Positions 13,188 through 25,804 of a stretch of DNA of 64,000 nt are shown piece after piece. The notes below the pieces were generated by a model. That model ran no database searches and was not told where the DNA came from. It was given only the letters and a program-made list of their open reading frames with translations. The stretch is from Octopus vulgaris (lineage: Eukaryota): assembly GCA_951406725.2 (NCBI GenBank), contig OX597817.1:141546001-141610000 (forward strand), written 5' to 3'. The position numbers and the translations under genes are program-made. Within the stretch, counting starts at the first letter, position 1. Each line of letters starts with the position of its first letter.

Positions 13188-15400
13188 TATGTAGAAAATT
13201 ATTCTTTTCGTATCCATCGTTGCTTTTTAAGTTAATATCCTACATCTATTCAGATTTTAAAATCACTTCTTAATAATTCATTGGTGTACAATTTCCAGGC
13301 GAGGGAAAATTCTAATGTAAATATTATTTGGCTCACGTGCTTGCCGGTCAGTCTGTAAATATGTATGCGCGCGTATATGTGTGTGTGCGTATGTGTGTGT
13401 GAATATGCGCGCGTATGTGAGTGTGTGAGTGTGATGTATGCGCGTGTATATGAACAGCGAAGACATCGATGGCGAGGTGAATCGCCATCATTTTCTTGGG
13501 ATAATATCGGAAAAATTGGTCAGTGCTGACGTAACATCTGTTGGCATGTGGTCGGATGAAGACGCCATATATATATAGAAATTCTTATAACCAAACAGTC
13601 CAACGAAATATCTCCATATGTATATCCATACAGGGTGTGAAGTCCTGCTGCAAGACATTTGGAGGTAAAAGACATTTAAAGGGTAGTTGTCTAGAAAATC
13701 TGAACGGAGGATTGAGCAAACCGAGGCATCGCTGGATCTTAAATCAAAACTGCAGCATGAGGTGACACAGTAAACCACTGTAGAGTAAATGGGATGGGAA
13801 GGCGGAATCGCTGAGTTTTCATTTCCAAGTTTCAACGAGAAAACCCAGAAACTCAAGCCCACATTTACAACCGTTTATGTATGGAGGCAGTAAAAAAGAA
13901 AATGACTCTCAACATCAGCTGTAAATGCGGCAAGCTAACTGTAATGAAAGTTCCCCAGAAATTTTCAGTAAGAGATACGACGGAAATCTAACACATGATG
14001 TATGATTTCCGAAAAAACTGAATAAATGAGAAAAATATCAAGAAGCATTGGATCTACATTCCTCGTAAAAAGGAAATGATTTTTCTGACGAGGAGGAATC
14101 TAAGTTTTATGAAAGAGATCGCATCTCGCGTGAAGAATTGCTGTTATTCGATGTGGAGAAATTCAATTGACAAGAATGCCATCCTCAGGTCTGGTGACAG
14201 TAGAATAACCTAAAATCTCAAGGATCCTTTGTTACTATTCTTGCGGAATACAGGATGGTACTTACCCGCCGGTCGAAAAGGCGTGTCTCTGGTTCAATAT
14301 CATACAACCTCATACGTTTTCACATTACTATCACCAGCACCACCATCACTACCACCACCACCAACAGCAGCAGCAGCAACAGCCGTCGAAGAATTTGGAC
14401 CTGGAGATCTCCATTTCCAGCGACTTCGAGGGCCACCTCCCAGTGGTGTCGGGCGTCAACGAATAGCCCTCGACTACAACAAGACGAACAATGTTTTTTT
14501 CTTCCAAGGTCTGGGGTCTCCTGCTCTTAAGCCCTAGACAATCACCTAATCACCCTTACCCGTCTTCTTGCTTAACAACAACAACAGCAGCTGCAACAAC
14601 AGCGCTACTGTCTTCTTCATTTTCGACACCACCATCATCCTTTTCATCGTCGAACTCGTCATCGTCATCATCACCTCCTTCCTCCTCCTCATAATCGTTG
14701 CCCTCATCGTCGTCATCATTATCATCATCAGCTTATGGAAACACGTTACCTTCTCCAAAACCTTTACGGAGTTCTCGAGCGGATTTTTAAAAAACATTTC
14801 TCCCCTTTCTTTAAATTATTATTTAATAGTGCAGTATGCAGAATATCAGCTTTTCCTCTAATAGCTACTTTTTAAACCTCACCTGTGGAATGTTTTCTAA
14901 GCAATTCTTTGATTCTGATTTAAACATTTATTACTATTATTAAATACTTTTCGTTCTCTTTATAGTTCATTGTTGCGGTAGTGGTTGGCGCCAACGGCTT
15001 CTAAGTCGCAGTCACTAGTCATTCTTATATTTCGTATAGATATCGTTGAGCGATTGTATCTGCAATTGATAATCTTAAATATATTTCCCTGAAATTATGT
15101 AGCTGATTTCTATTGGCAACAATATAATTATAGACGGCACTTGCTATTTCCAGTAATCAATACAGTCTAGGTCAAATATATAGTGTTGCTCTTTGCTTAC
15201 AAACCGATTAACACTTATCGACTCAATCTCACTGATGTTATTTTCGACCCACACATATACACCTCTGGCGAAGCACGTGCATACGGATGCACACAAATGA
15301 GCAAACACACGGAGAAATATATAGTGTGTATATTACATATATACAGACATACACACACACGCACGCACATATATATAGATGTTTATATATGGATATATAT

Positions 15401-15440
<40 letters not shown>

Positions 15441-15589
15441 AGACGTATATATATATATAGATATTGATATATACGTATGCATATATATGTATACATTCAT
15501 ATAGGCAAAATATAGATTCAGATGAATTAGGTACTTAACTTGAGGCACCAGAGTTTAGTACGGTATTATCCACGCAGTTGCACCATACA

Positions 15590-15634
<45 letters not shown>

Positions 15635-15635
15635 T

Positions 15636-15720
<85 letters not shown>

Positions 15721-15742
15721 ATATATATATTATAGGAATATG

Positions 15743-15775
<33 letters not shown>

Positions 15776-15838
15776 GGAGAATACGGGGATTTAGTTCACT
15801 GGTGTTCAAATGAATAGGTACGCTGAGTAAGTGAATTT

Positions 15839-16024
15839 AGTGGCTGTGTGGTAAGTAGCTTGCTTACGAACCACATAGCTCCGGGTTCCGTCCCACTACG
15901 TGGCACCTTGGGCAAGTACTTCCTACTATAGGCTCGGGCCGACCACAGCCTTGTGAGTGGATTTGGTAGATAGAAACTGAAAGAAACCCTTCGTATGTAT
16001 GTATATATATATATATATATATGT

Positions 16025-16068
<44 letters not shown>

Positions 16069-16300
16069 GTGTGCGTGTGTGTGCGTGTATATGATTGTTT
16101 GTTTGGGTTTGACCCCCAACATCGCTTGACAGCAGATGCTGGTGTGTTTATGTCCCCGTAACTTGGCCGTTCGGCAAAACAGACTGATAGAATAAGTACT
16201 AGACTTATAGAGAATAAGTCCGGAGGTCGATTTTCTCGACTAAAGGCGGTGCCTCAGCATGGCCACAGTCAAATGATTGAAACAAGTAAAAGAGTAAAAG
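15839..16300 (+). mobile_element. SINE family A
   Basis: Same head, internal microsatellite and tail as 12708-13187. Confidence 0.93.
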
Positions 16301-16402
16301 GGAGAGTTACTCGCCAACCCCATATTCAGACTTAATCGCCTATGACTTGAGATATATCAGAAACAGCTGTAAGACCTCAATAAATTTAAGAATGATATGG
16401 GA

Positions 16403-16784
16403 TGGAAGCACTCCGTCGGTTACGACGATGAGGGTTCCGGTTGATCCGAATCAACGGAACAGCCTGCTCGTGAAATTAACGTGTAAGTGGCTGAGCACTC
16501 CACAGACACGTGTACTCTTAACGTAGTTCTCGGGGATATTCAGCGTGACACAGAGAGTGACAAGGCCGGCCCTTTGAAATACAGGTACATCAGAAACAGG
16601 AAGTAAGAGTGAGAGAAAGTTGTGGTGAAAGAGTACAGCAGAGATCACCACCATCCCCTGCCGGAGCCTCGTGGAGCTTTTTAGTTGTTTTCGCTCAATA
16701 AACACTCACAACGCCCGGTCTGGGAATCGAAACCGCGATCCTATGACCGCGGGTCCGCTGCCCTAACTGGGCCATTGCGCCTCC
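16403..16784 (-). mobile_element. SINE family B (tRNA-like head, tail type 1)
   Basis: Head ggaggcgcaatggcccagttagggcagcgg...gtttcgattccc; tail ...gtaaccgacggagtgc shared with family D. Confidence 0.92.
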
Positions 16785-16958
16785 ACACAAGAATGATATA
16801 AAATAATGAATATTAATTGAGATGCTTTTTATGCCTCGGCATTTGTTGTTCTCTTTCATAAATATACATACATACATACATGCATGCATAAGCACATATA
16901 TACATATGTGTGTGTATGTATATATGCCAATATACATACACCTACACACATATACACC

Positions 16959-16991
<33 letters not shown>

Positions 16992-17314
16992 GTGTCTTTA
17001 TACATGAAATATTTACATGCTATAATTTATAGTTTCATATCTACTTCGAGATCCTGCTCCAAGGTTCACATCAGAATTCTACCACGTTCTCACTAAAGCC
17101 TATTAATTCTTATGACCTAATCTTAAAGTCAGTTGAAGTTATGTAAGTTCGTCCATCATACCTCCTGACTTAATGTTTTTATATTTCCCACCGGACAGCT
17201 TCACTCCCCGGATTTTCTGGATTTATAGTTGCATGGATGCTTTATATTATACTACATTGTAATTGACTTCTGTGTCAGTGCGAGGGATGTGCGTGATAGC
17301 CGCATGAAATATGT

Positions 17315-17392
<78 letters not shown>

Positions 17393-17400
17393 ACACACAT

Positions 17401-18200
17401 ACTAAATTGGTGGAGGAATAAAAGAAGAGAAATTTAGATTGGGTTAGGTCGAAGAAATTCTCCAACAACCACTTCTGTCTGTTTCCAGAGGTATATATGG
17501 CCAGCAACCCATTCTCGTTGCTACATACATGGCCTTCCAGCTGTAACTTTCTCCAGCCAGAATTCGTCCACAGTCTCCAGCAGCTTCACATAGCCGTCTG
17601 AATAGAGCCTAAGTGCCTTGTTCATGGATGCAGGTATGAATTCTGGTGTGCGTAGGCTGTCGGGACGCTCGTTGCGTCCCTTCACGTTCGTCACGGCTTC
17701 GTAGCCTCCGTTGCAGCTGTCCATGTCATTGTCTTACAGCCTTTACAATATCCACCGTGCATTGAGGACCAGTCATGCTGTCGGCATTTCGATGCCAGGC
17801 GTGAATCATCACGATAGTGGAGGCACATGACCAAGTGGTTAGAGCAGCAGACTCGCGGTCGAGGGATCGCAGGTTCGAATCTCAGACCGGGCGGTGTGTG
17901 TGTTTATGAGCAAAACATCTAAGCTCCATGCGGCTCCGACAGAAGGCAATAACGAACTTCTGCTGACTCTTTCGTCACAACTTTCTCTCACTCTTTCTTC
18001 CTGAATCATGGAGCTCCCCTGCGACGAATCGGCGTCCCGTCCAGGTAAGGAACGTATGCACCAAGGAAACTGGGAAACCGGCCCTTATGAGCCAGGCGTG
18101 GCTGGAGAAGGAACAAAAAAATCACGATACATGTAAATCTTTTCCAATATTCAGATGGCTTCCAATCCTCTATGTCAGCTAACTTTTCTCAACTATAACT
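17401..18200 (-). mobile_element. Internally deleted Tc1/mariner-superfamily (maT/DD37D-like) transposase remnant, interrupted by a SINE
   Basis: Minus translations RPDSLRTPEFI, LRLYSDGYVKLLETV..WLEKVTAGRP and TSGNRQKWLLENFFD resemble this transposase class (recalled, not searched). Confidence 0.7.
17819..18120 (+). mobile_element. SINE family B variant with V-domain-like tail
   Basis: tRNA-like head with gactcgcgg loop and ggttcgaatct B box; ccctgcgacgaatcggcgtcccgtccagg; TSD atcacgata at 17808-17816 and 18121-18129. Confidence 0.88.
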
Positions 18201-19189
18201 ATAATCTTTCATGATCTCCAATGCCGTTGACTGTTCTCCAATGCTAAAAGTTGTCCCTAAAAAACGAAACATAAAACTCGTCGAACAAAACCCGTAGATT
18301 TTGTATATTCCAGAATGAAACGGATATATCGAATGCGATATTTGTGTGATACATTGTCCAGCGATTTTGGAGTAGACAAAGTTGTCGTCGGTGGAACTTG
18401 AACTTAGATTGCAGAAACTCGAAAAGAATATTTTAAACCATTCTCTCTGATGCTCTGCCAATTCACCACGTGACTATGCTCAAGTGCATATTCCCGGTTT
18501 CCTGGTTTCTCTGGCATTTATATCCCTCCCAGGACGGAAGCCAATCTTGTCGCAAGAACACACCCTTTTATCAACTGAGTGGAAGGAAGAAGCAATGTGA
18601 AATGACATTTTGGGTATTTTTATTCAAGAGCACAACGCGTCACCCGGTCCAGGATTCGAAGCCACAACCTTACATTCCTAAGCCCAACACCCTAACAACA
18701 AAGCCATGCACCTCCATTGATATACTAAATACAAATGTCTGACATCTAAATAAATCTATAAAACGGAATAATTTGACGCAGAAACAACTGGCAGTGGATT
18801 TGTAACAATCAACATTTATTTTCATATTTCTATTCTTCTTTGAGATGATTTCATTTTCGTTTTTTCTTGCATATAAAAATAAAAAAATCATATTAGCAGC
18901 TGTGAAGTCAATTTTGATGTGTTTCTTTGACTAATTAACTTTATTACTTTGCAAAGCAATAAAACTTAGGAATGTCTGACACAAAAAAATATAATTGTGG
19001 TGTTAATATATATGTTTATGATTTTCGTAAATATGTTAATAGTTATGGATGTTCAGTTGTAGATTACAATCGTGTTTTGCATAGAGCAATGAGTTGAGCT
19101 GCAAACATAATGTTTTTGCTTGAAAATATGAAGATATTCGCTCGTCTCTCTTTTTACACAGAGACACAAAAGGAGAAAGTGGAACCTTG

Positions 19190-19460
19190 CCGGTTTCAAC
19201 GACGAGTATTCCAATTGATCCAAGTGGCTGAGTATAACGTAGTCCTCGGGGAGATCCAGTGTGACACAGAATGTGACAAGACTGGGAATTTGAATTACAT
19301 GTAAAACTCATTTTTGCCAGTTGAGTAGACAGGAGCAAAACGAAATAAAATATCTTGTTTAAAGTGACAACTCGCGGCCGAGTATCGAACTCACGACCGA
19401 GTATCGAACCCACGACCTTATGATTGTAAATCGAATATCCAAGTCACTAAGCCATGCGTC
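19190..19460 (-). mobile_element. Degraded SINE family D
   Basis: cgtagtcctcggggagatccagtgtgacacaga...ctcatttttgccagttgagt...cactaagccatgcg is the reverse complement of the 39721 type. Confidence 0.75.
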
Positions 19461-19531
19461 TTTAAACAGAGACGTAATAGATTACTTACATACATTTATA
19501 CTCTAATCGAAGAGGCCAATCCAACCGCATA

Positions 19532-19751
19532 TTTTTCTACTCTGGGTACCAGGCAAGAAATTTTTTGGGAGGGGCCCAGTTGATTAGATCGACCCCAGTA
19601 GGCAATTGGTGCTTAATTTATCGACTCCGAAAGGATGAAAGGCAAAGTCGACCTTTGAACTCAGTCGGAATTTGAACTCAGAGCGTAGCGGCAGACGAAA
19701 TACCGCTAAGCATTTCGCTCGGCGTGCTAACCATTCTGCCAGCTCGCCGCC
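19532..19751 (-). mobile_element. SINE family C (tail type 2)
   Basis: aaggatgaaaggcaaagtcgacc...gaatttgaactcag...gccagctcgccgcc; tail like 36060-36140. Confidence 0.9.
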
Positions 19752-19825
19752 TTATTCTAGCTGTGTAGGCTTGTGGAGTAGTTTGGCGTGTACAGATTGA
19801 AGACCCCTTAAGTTTTTCGCGTAAC

Positions 19826-20015
19826 TTTTATCTTTTACTTGTTTCAGTCAGTGGAGTGATGGTCACACTGGAGCACCACAGTGAAGGTAAAACAAATCAA
19901 CCCCAACACTTTTATAATGTCTATTTCATGTCCAGAACACCTATTTTATCGAACCGCTAATTTAAAGAGACGTAAACACATTAATACCAATTATCAAGCG
20001 ACGAGGGGAAGACAC
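19826..20015 (-). mobile_element. SINE family A 3' half, degraded
   Basis: ttttacttgtttcagtca...ctggagcacc...gaaccgctaa...cgtaaacaca. Confidence 0.75.
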
Positions 20016-20024
20016 ACATGCGCG

Positions 20025-20100
<76 letters not shown>

Positions 20101-20243
20101 AGTAACAGGATGTCAAGTAGCAATGCATACATTCATGTACACGTAAATTCACATTTATTAGCTAAGCCTATTATAATCCCGGACTAACCAATGCTTTGCG
20201 ATGGATCTTAGCAGACGGAAACGGTGTGGAAAGCCACAGTGCT

Positions 20244-20275
<32 letters not shown>

Positions 20276-20287
20276 CACAATACATAG

Positions 20288-20352
<65 letters not shown>

Positions 20353-20932
20353 GAAAGAGAGTAAGATATATATGTATATAACTAAATATATTTAGATGAA
20401 TACAAGCATATAGATAATTATATAAGTATATATATACACACATACACGCACACACACACACACATACACACACACATACACACACACATATATATATATA
20501 GGTAGATAGATAGATAGATAGATAGATAGATATACAGGGAAAGACAGACAGAGACAGAAACAGACACACATATAGACAGACAGACAGAGGGAGAGAGCGG
20601 GAAATTTGCATAGGGAGTAAAAATGCAGTACACTAAGGAGAGAAGGCATAATGCTTTTAACCCGACAGCCACTTCTGGAAGCTCGGAACTACACAATAAT
20701 CGTGATGTTCATAATTAGCAGAGAGAACGTGCAAAACGCCATGGGTAAATGGTCGCATATAGATATTTCCATAAGACCAGCTTCCTTCTTCACGAGAAAG
20801 AAATGGCAAACGTTGTTCACAAAATAGTGTGAGGGATTTAAATATATGCATGTGTATACATAGATATATTTACGTATAGTATATTTATGTATAAACGCAT
20901 GCATGTGTTCCCTGTGTGTATGCATGTATGCG

Positions 20933-21161
20933 TTTCTTTATTACCCACAAGGGGCTAAACATAGAGAGGACAAACAAGGACAGACAATCGGATTAAGTCG
21001 ATTACATCAACCCTAGTGCGAAACTGGTATTTTATTTATCGACTCCGAAAGGATGAAAGGCAAAGTCGACCTCGGCGGAATTTGAACTCAGAACGTGACG
21101 GCAGACGAAATACGGCTACGCATTTCGACCGGCGTGCTAACGGTTCTGCCAGCTCGCCGCC
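20933..21161 (-). mobile_element. SINE family C, full length (tail type 1)
   Basis: Full head to ...gtgggtaataaagaaa tail; flanking direct repeat tgtatgcatgtatg at 20917-20930 and 21163-21176. Confidence 0.93.
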
Positions 21162-22203
21162 TTGTATGCATGTATGTATGTACGTGTGTGTGTTTATCAA
21201 TTGGTCACAAAGTCATGTGGCTTGCATCTTCTCACGTATAAAATGTCTCTACATAAACCTTATTTTCACTTTCTTTATTTTATCCGTTAACCCAGCACGG
21301 GTTTTCAAAGGTAACACAACTTCAGCAGTATTTATTCTGGCCGGATATTCATATGATAAAACACTTATTTTAATACATTTAACATCATTACAATAGATAT
21401 ATTTATACATATATTTATTCTACAAGTAATTGTGTAGATAAAGGGAAATTTATGACAAAAGTGTGATTTTATATTTATTTTATATCTTGATTTCTTTTTC
21501 AATAAAACACAGATATGAATACAGAAATATATTTACAATGAATGGCGAATTAAAATTAATATTCTAGCAAGAGCATCAACTGTAGAATCGGGGAAGAAAG
21601 TATTGGAATCGCAAGAGGGGACGTAGTTAGGCGGAGGAAAACAAAGAGCTGAAGAGAGAGGGCGAGAGGAAAGAAGATGGAAGGAGAGAGAGGAGATGAA
21701 GAGAGGGAGAGTGCAGCAGAGAGATGGAGAAGGAGGGGGAAAAGAGAGAACAATATGGTAAATAGATTTCCCTCATATAAAGAATTATAGAGCTTTTCAC
21801 ATAACAGTTATAATTTATATTTTTACTCTTTGCACCTTAATTTTAATTTAAAATATTAATTTACCGTATCAAGCTTCGGCTTTAAACGCAATTTCGCACT
21901 GTAATTAATCCTCAAAAACAGTTTACAGATAAATACACTCCCAAACCGTAATGTACTCACAATACTTTAACGCTAATTATTCGAATCTTTGATAAAAATA
22001 ATCAAAAATTTTCCACAGCGACAGCTGCACGAACATTCTTATAATCGTCTAAAATCTGCCGTCGATTTTACTCCGAATACCCAGATTTATAATCAGAATA
22101 AAGGAAACCACTCGGCATCGTCCCTCAGTCGCTGATCATCGATTCTACAATTAAAACGCAGCATCCTTATTGAACATCATTCATCGATCAGTAGCTGCTG
22201 GCC

Positions 22204-22678
22204 CGCGTTGTATCCTTGAGCAAGGCACGTTATTTCATGTTGTTCCAGCACGCTCAGCTGGCAAGATTGAATGAGTTGTACCTATAATTCAAAGGACCAC
22301 TCTTATTTCTTTACTACCCACAAGGGGCTACACACAGAGGGGGCAAACAAGGCCAGACAAACGGATTAAGTCGATTATATCGTCCCCAGTGCGTAACTGG
22401 TGCTTAATTTATCGACCTCGAAAGGATGAAAGGCAAAGTCGACCTCGGTGGAATTTGAACTCAGAACGTAACCGCAGACGAAATACGGCTACGCATTTCG
22501 CCCGGAGTGCTAGCGTTGCTGCCAGCTCGCCGCCTATCAAACGACAACCCTTGTCACATTCTGTATTACGCTGAGAAATACATGAATGGTACACGTGTCT
22601 ATGGAGTGTTCAGCCACTTCCATGTTCCGTTGTTCGGATCAATTGAAACCTTCGTCGTTGTAACCGAACGAGTGCCAG
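22204..22678 (+). mobile_element. Old SINE family D copy split by a family C insertion
   Basis: The D sequence stops at ...ttcaaaggaccac (22300) and resumes at tcaaacgacaacccttgtcac (22537). Confidence 0.8.
22304..22534 (-). mobile_element. SINE family C, full length
   Basis: Matches 20933-21161 along its length. Confidence 0.93.
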
Positions 22679-22769
22679 TCATTATAAAGCTGCCACCCAT
22701 TATGCTCTACCAGTTAACCCCATTCAGCAGTAACCAGCTCCTCTGCATTTATGAAATAAGCACTTGAAC

Positions 22770-23272
22770 GGCTGAGAATATGTTCCTTATTTCTGTGAAG
22801 TTTTTCTTTGACCCTTGAACCACGATCGTTTTCGATTGATGTTATTGTAGAAAATCCATTTTTCAAGAGGTTCAAGCAATAAAAAAATAACTGCCAGAAT
22901 TGGCAAATCGTAAAGGAATCGTGTTGTGCCATGACAACGCTAGACCACTCATGCTTTTCCTAACTCGTGAAAAATGATTGGATCTTAGTTGGGAAGTGAT
23001 GTCACGTCCACCATATAGCTCTGACCTTGCACCATCAGATTACCATTTATCTCGAAGTTTGCAAACTTTCAATAATGATGGGGACATCAAATCGCACTTG
23101 CTTCAGTTTTGGCTGATAAGGACCAAAATTTCTATGAGCGCGGAATCCTGAAGTTGCCAGAAAGATCATCGAACAAAATGAAAAATATGCAAGTGATTAA
23201 AGTTAATTTTTTGTATGAAAATAAAATGACTTTTATTTCACACTAAAAAACCGACATTACTTTCTTACCAAC

Positions 23273-23277
<5 letters not shown>
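22770..23277 (+). mobile_element. mariner transposase C-terminal remnant with 3' TIR and an inverted internal piece
   Basis: Plus: KGIVLCHDNARP...WEVMSRPPYSSDLAPSDYHL and TIR-like aaaaaccgacattactttcttaccaacccaata followed by TA. Minus 22820-22864: EKWIFYNNINRKRSW. Confidence 0.92.
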
Positions 23278-23321
<44 letters not shown>

Positions 23322-23351
23322 GCGAGAAAAAAGCATCAAGAATGGATAGGT

Positions 23352-23442
23352 TTTTAGTACAATCGTTTCATACAAGGACAGGCTTTATTAAAAGTTGCAA
23401 AAATTGCAGCATATAAACGTGTCCCGTACTCATCAGCTAAAA
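23352..23442 (-). ncRNA. Type I hammerhead ribozyme motif
   Basis: Minus strand: UUUUAG-CUGAUGA-GUACGGGACA..UGUCCUUGUAU-GAAA-CGAUUG-UA-CUAAAA. Stem I 6 bp perfect, core boxes intact, GUA cleavage triplet, minimal stem III. Confidence 0.85.
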
Positions 23443-23599
23443 TACATGTGAGTTCTCTAGACATCCTAGTGGTTGAGGCTATACTCATGAAGTAATGTAG
23501 ATAATTAAGTAACATAAACAGATTTCCAAAGTTCATTAAAGTTCTTTAAAGATGATGTACAGTCTTATCACAGAATTTTAAAAAAGTTTTAATAGCATC

Positions 23600-23883
23600 A
23601 CAGAGAAGGTGACTTAATCCATAGTGTACATATGAATTTCCAGAGATATGAGGAGGGATTACATACTCACAGACGACAAATTTATCCATTGCTAATCACA
23701 ACGAGGTGGGTCTCAATCCCTGCTTATTAGCATTACAGAGAGGGTGAATTAATCCTTTGTATAGATGCACAATTTCCAATGGTGTAGGTGTAAATTTCCA
23801 GAGAAATGAAGAGGAATTTCATATTCACAGGCGATAAATTTATCAATGGTTGAACACAATGAGGTAGGTATCAATTCTTGCTA
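23600..23883. repeat. Diverged tandem duplication (two ~125-150 bp units) inside the Penelope-like 3' region
   Basis: acagagaaggtgacttaatcc...aatttccagagatatgaggagg...aaatttatcc...gaggtgggtctcaatcc recurs at 23735-23883. Confidence 0.8.
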
Positions 23884-23984
23884 TATGATTAGGTATTTGC
23901 CACATTAATCACATTACTGCTATTTTCAAGAGACTGTAGCTATTTAACTTTTAAAGGCTGAAGGGCTTTCTAGGGAGGCAAAGA

Positions 23985-24188
23985 ACAGAAAAGGGAAGGA
24001 AAGAGAAGAAAAGAGAGAAAATAAAGGAGGAGGGAGCAAAAGGGGGGGACTAAAAGAGAAGAGAAAAGGAAAAAGAAAAAAAGAAAAAAAGAAAAAGAGA
24101 GAGAGAGAATGAGAAGAAGAAAAAGAAAAAAGAGAAAAGAGAAAGAAATAGGGAAAGAAGGGAAAAAAAGAAAAAGAAAAAAAGAGGG
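23985..24188. repeat. Polypurine (A/G) low-complexity tract
   Basis: Directly visible. Similar GA-rich tracts occur at 21600-21750 and 26435-26845. Confidence 0.9.
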
Positions 24189-24926
24189 TTCTAGTTATAC
24201 AGAAGAATTAGTAGACGGCAAGTCTGGTTTTAATTTACAGGCATCAAGGAACTAGAGGAGAATATTATTCTTTGACCAGTAAAACAGCTAATTTATTGCT
24301 GTTGAAAGCAGCTATGAATTAAAAGAGAATCTAAGGAGATAACACGGTCAGGGGTTTAGGGGTCAAAGGCTAAAATCAAAAGAAAATACATTAGGAAAAT
24401 CTAAGTATAATCTTATCAAAAAGTCATTAAAATTTATTTATTTAATTTATTCATTTTACTGTCTTAAGGAGTTGCCGTTATTATTCATACATTGACGGAC
24501 TACAGGTCAAATCTTAGAAGATCATTTACAAGGTGTTAGGGAATTGTCTATCATAATGAAGATAATCATATTATCACCGAGGGAGTAGCCTTATTTATTT
24601 AATTTTGAAATAGAATTATGGGGCTTTAGTAATTCATTTTATTTTATTAAAGTTATGCTACTTAAATTAGATTAAGTTAAGAATTAAAATTAAAAATTAA
24701 AATTAAGATTTAAAATTAAGATTTAAAATTATGAGTTTGAAATTAAATAAAGCCTCAATTAAGCAGCGTATAAGTACTATTCATTTCCCTGTTCTCAAAA
24801 AACTGATGCAGATATAAGGAAAAAGATAACTGTAGTGTGAGAACTCTTAGTTATCTACTTAAAGTAGTGCTATACTAGTAAAAATCAAGTTATATCTATC
24901 TATCTATCTAGTTACGAATATTCTAA

Positions 24927-25290
24927 TCATTTAAAATATTTTAAAGTCTTCAATTTAGCGTGGACACAAACTTGACCTAGTTCGATATGGTTATTCAATA
25001 AGTTTCTATGTTTTCTATGCTTTAGAATTTCATATGTCTCCATGGAGCATAGTTGGCAACCAACCCTGCTATTTTTATACGGAATTGCTCTCCTAACTAT
25101 TTCCCAATTAAGGTTATAATTATTATTATTATTTTTGAGTTCCCAGATTTTGTTTGAAAGTGTGGTGGTACCAGCTTTATGACGTAATTTAAAAGACGAG
25201 ATGTGATTTCTAACTCTGGCTAGAAAATTAATTGTACATCCAATGTAAAAATATTTGTTATTCTCCGTGGATATGGTACATTTATATATA
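24927..25290 (-). pseudogene. GIY-YIG endonuclease domain, C-terminus of a Penelope-like element ORF
   Basis: YKC..YFYIGCT..F..R..NH.SSF...TTLS..IWELK...WEI...A.PY.....CQLC..E..EI....LLN...EL...CVH. Open to the natural stop; the 5' side is replaced by microsatellite. Confidence 0.9.
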
Positions 25291-25306
25291 TATGTATATG
25301 TATATG

Positions 25307-25339
<33 letters not shown>

Positions 25340-25519
25340 AATAATGGACTCTCCTATCGTTACATGACGTATGTGGGTTCAACAATTTCTTACTGAACAG
25401 CCACACAAATGATTTATTTAAAGTGATCAAATGTTTGTGTAGACATACGCCTGCTCCCTCCATCAAATCGACAATACCTGTACAGGTGCATCAGGTGCCA
25501 CATGTCAGATAACGAAATG

Positions 25520-25640
25520 ATAGCAGAGCAACGTGTAATGAAGTTCTCTGCTTAAGAACACAACACAACGCCCGGTCTGGGAATCGAAGCCATGATCTCA
25601 CAATCGTGAGTGCAACACATTAACCACTAAGCCATGCGAC
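25520..25640 (-). mobile_element. Degraded SINE head (tRNA plus CORE-like); similar piece at 18585-18715
   Basis: cttaagaacacaacacaacgcccggtctgggaatcgaa...taaccactaagccatgcg. Confidence 0.65.
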
Positions 25641-25649
25641 CACACACAC

Positions 25650-25680
<31 letters not shown>

Positions 25681-25804
25681 TCCACCCACCCACACACACA
25701 CACATATATATATATGACAGCAAAGGAATGAATGAGAACTCTATATTATGTAAAATACAGGAATTTCTCTATGAATATAATATGGGACAATTAGTTGGTT
25801 GTCA

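Larger units (their letters stand above)
23321..25290 (-). mobile_element. 5'-truncated Penelope-like retroelement (GIY-YIG end, long 3' region, hammerhead)
   Basis: GIY-YIG fragment and hammerhead are on the same strand and the block is bounded by (TA)n tracts. That it is one element is inferred. Confidence 0.7.

Noticed and set aside
12859-13273. Recurrent ORFs such as [24 protein letters not shown] and MRNWY..RKDERQSRPRRNLNSE
   Set aside because: Chance translations of multicopy SINEs A and C, not a gene family.
24927-25290. Selenocysteine recoding as reported for some Naiad elements
   Set aside because: The conserved Cys positions are ordinary Cys codons, there is no in-frame TGA, and no convincing SECIS is visible.
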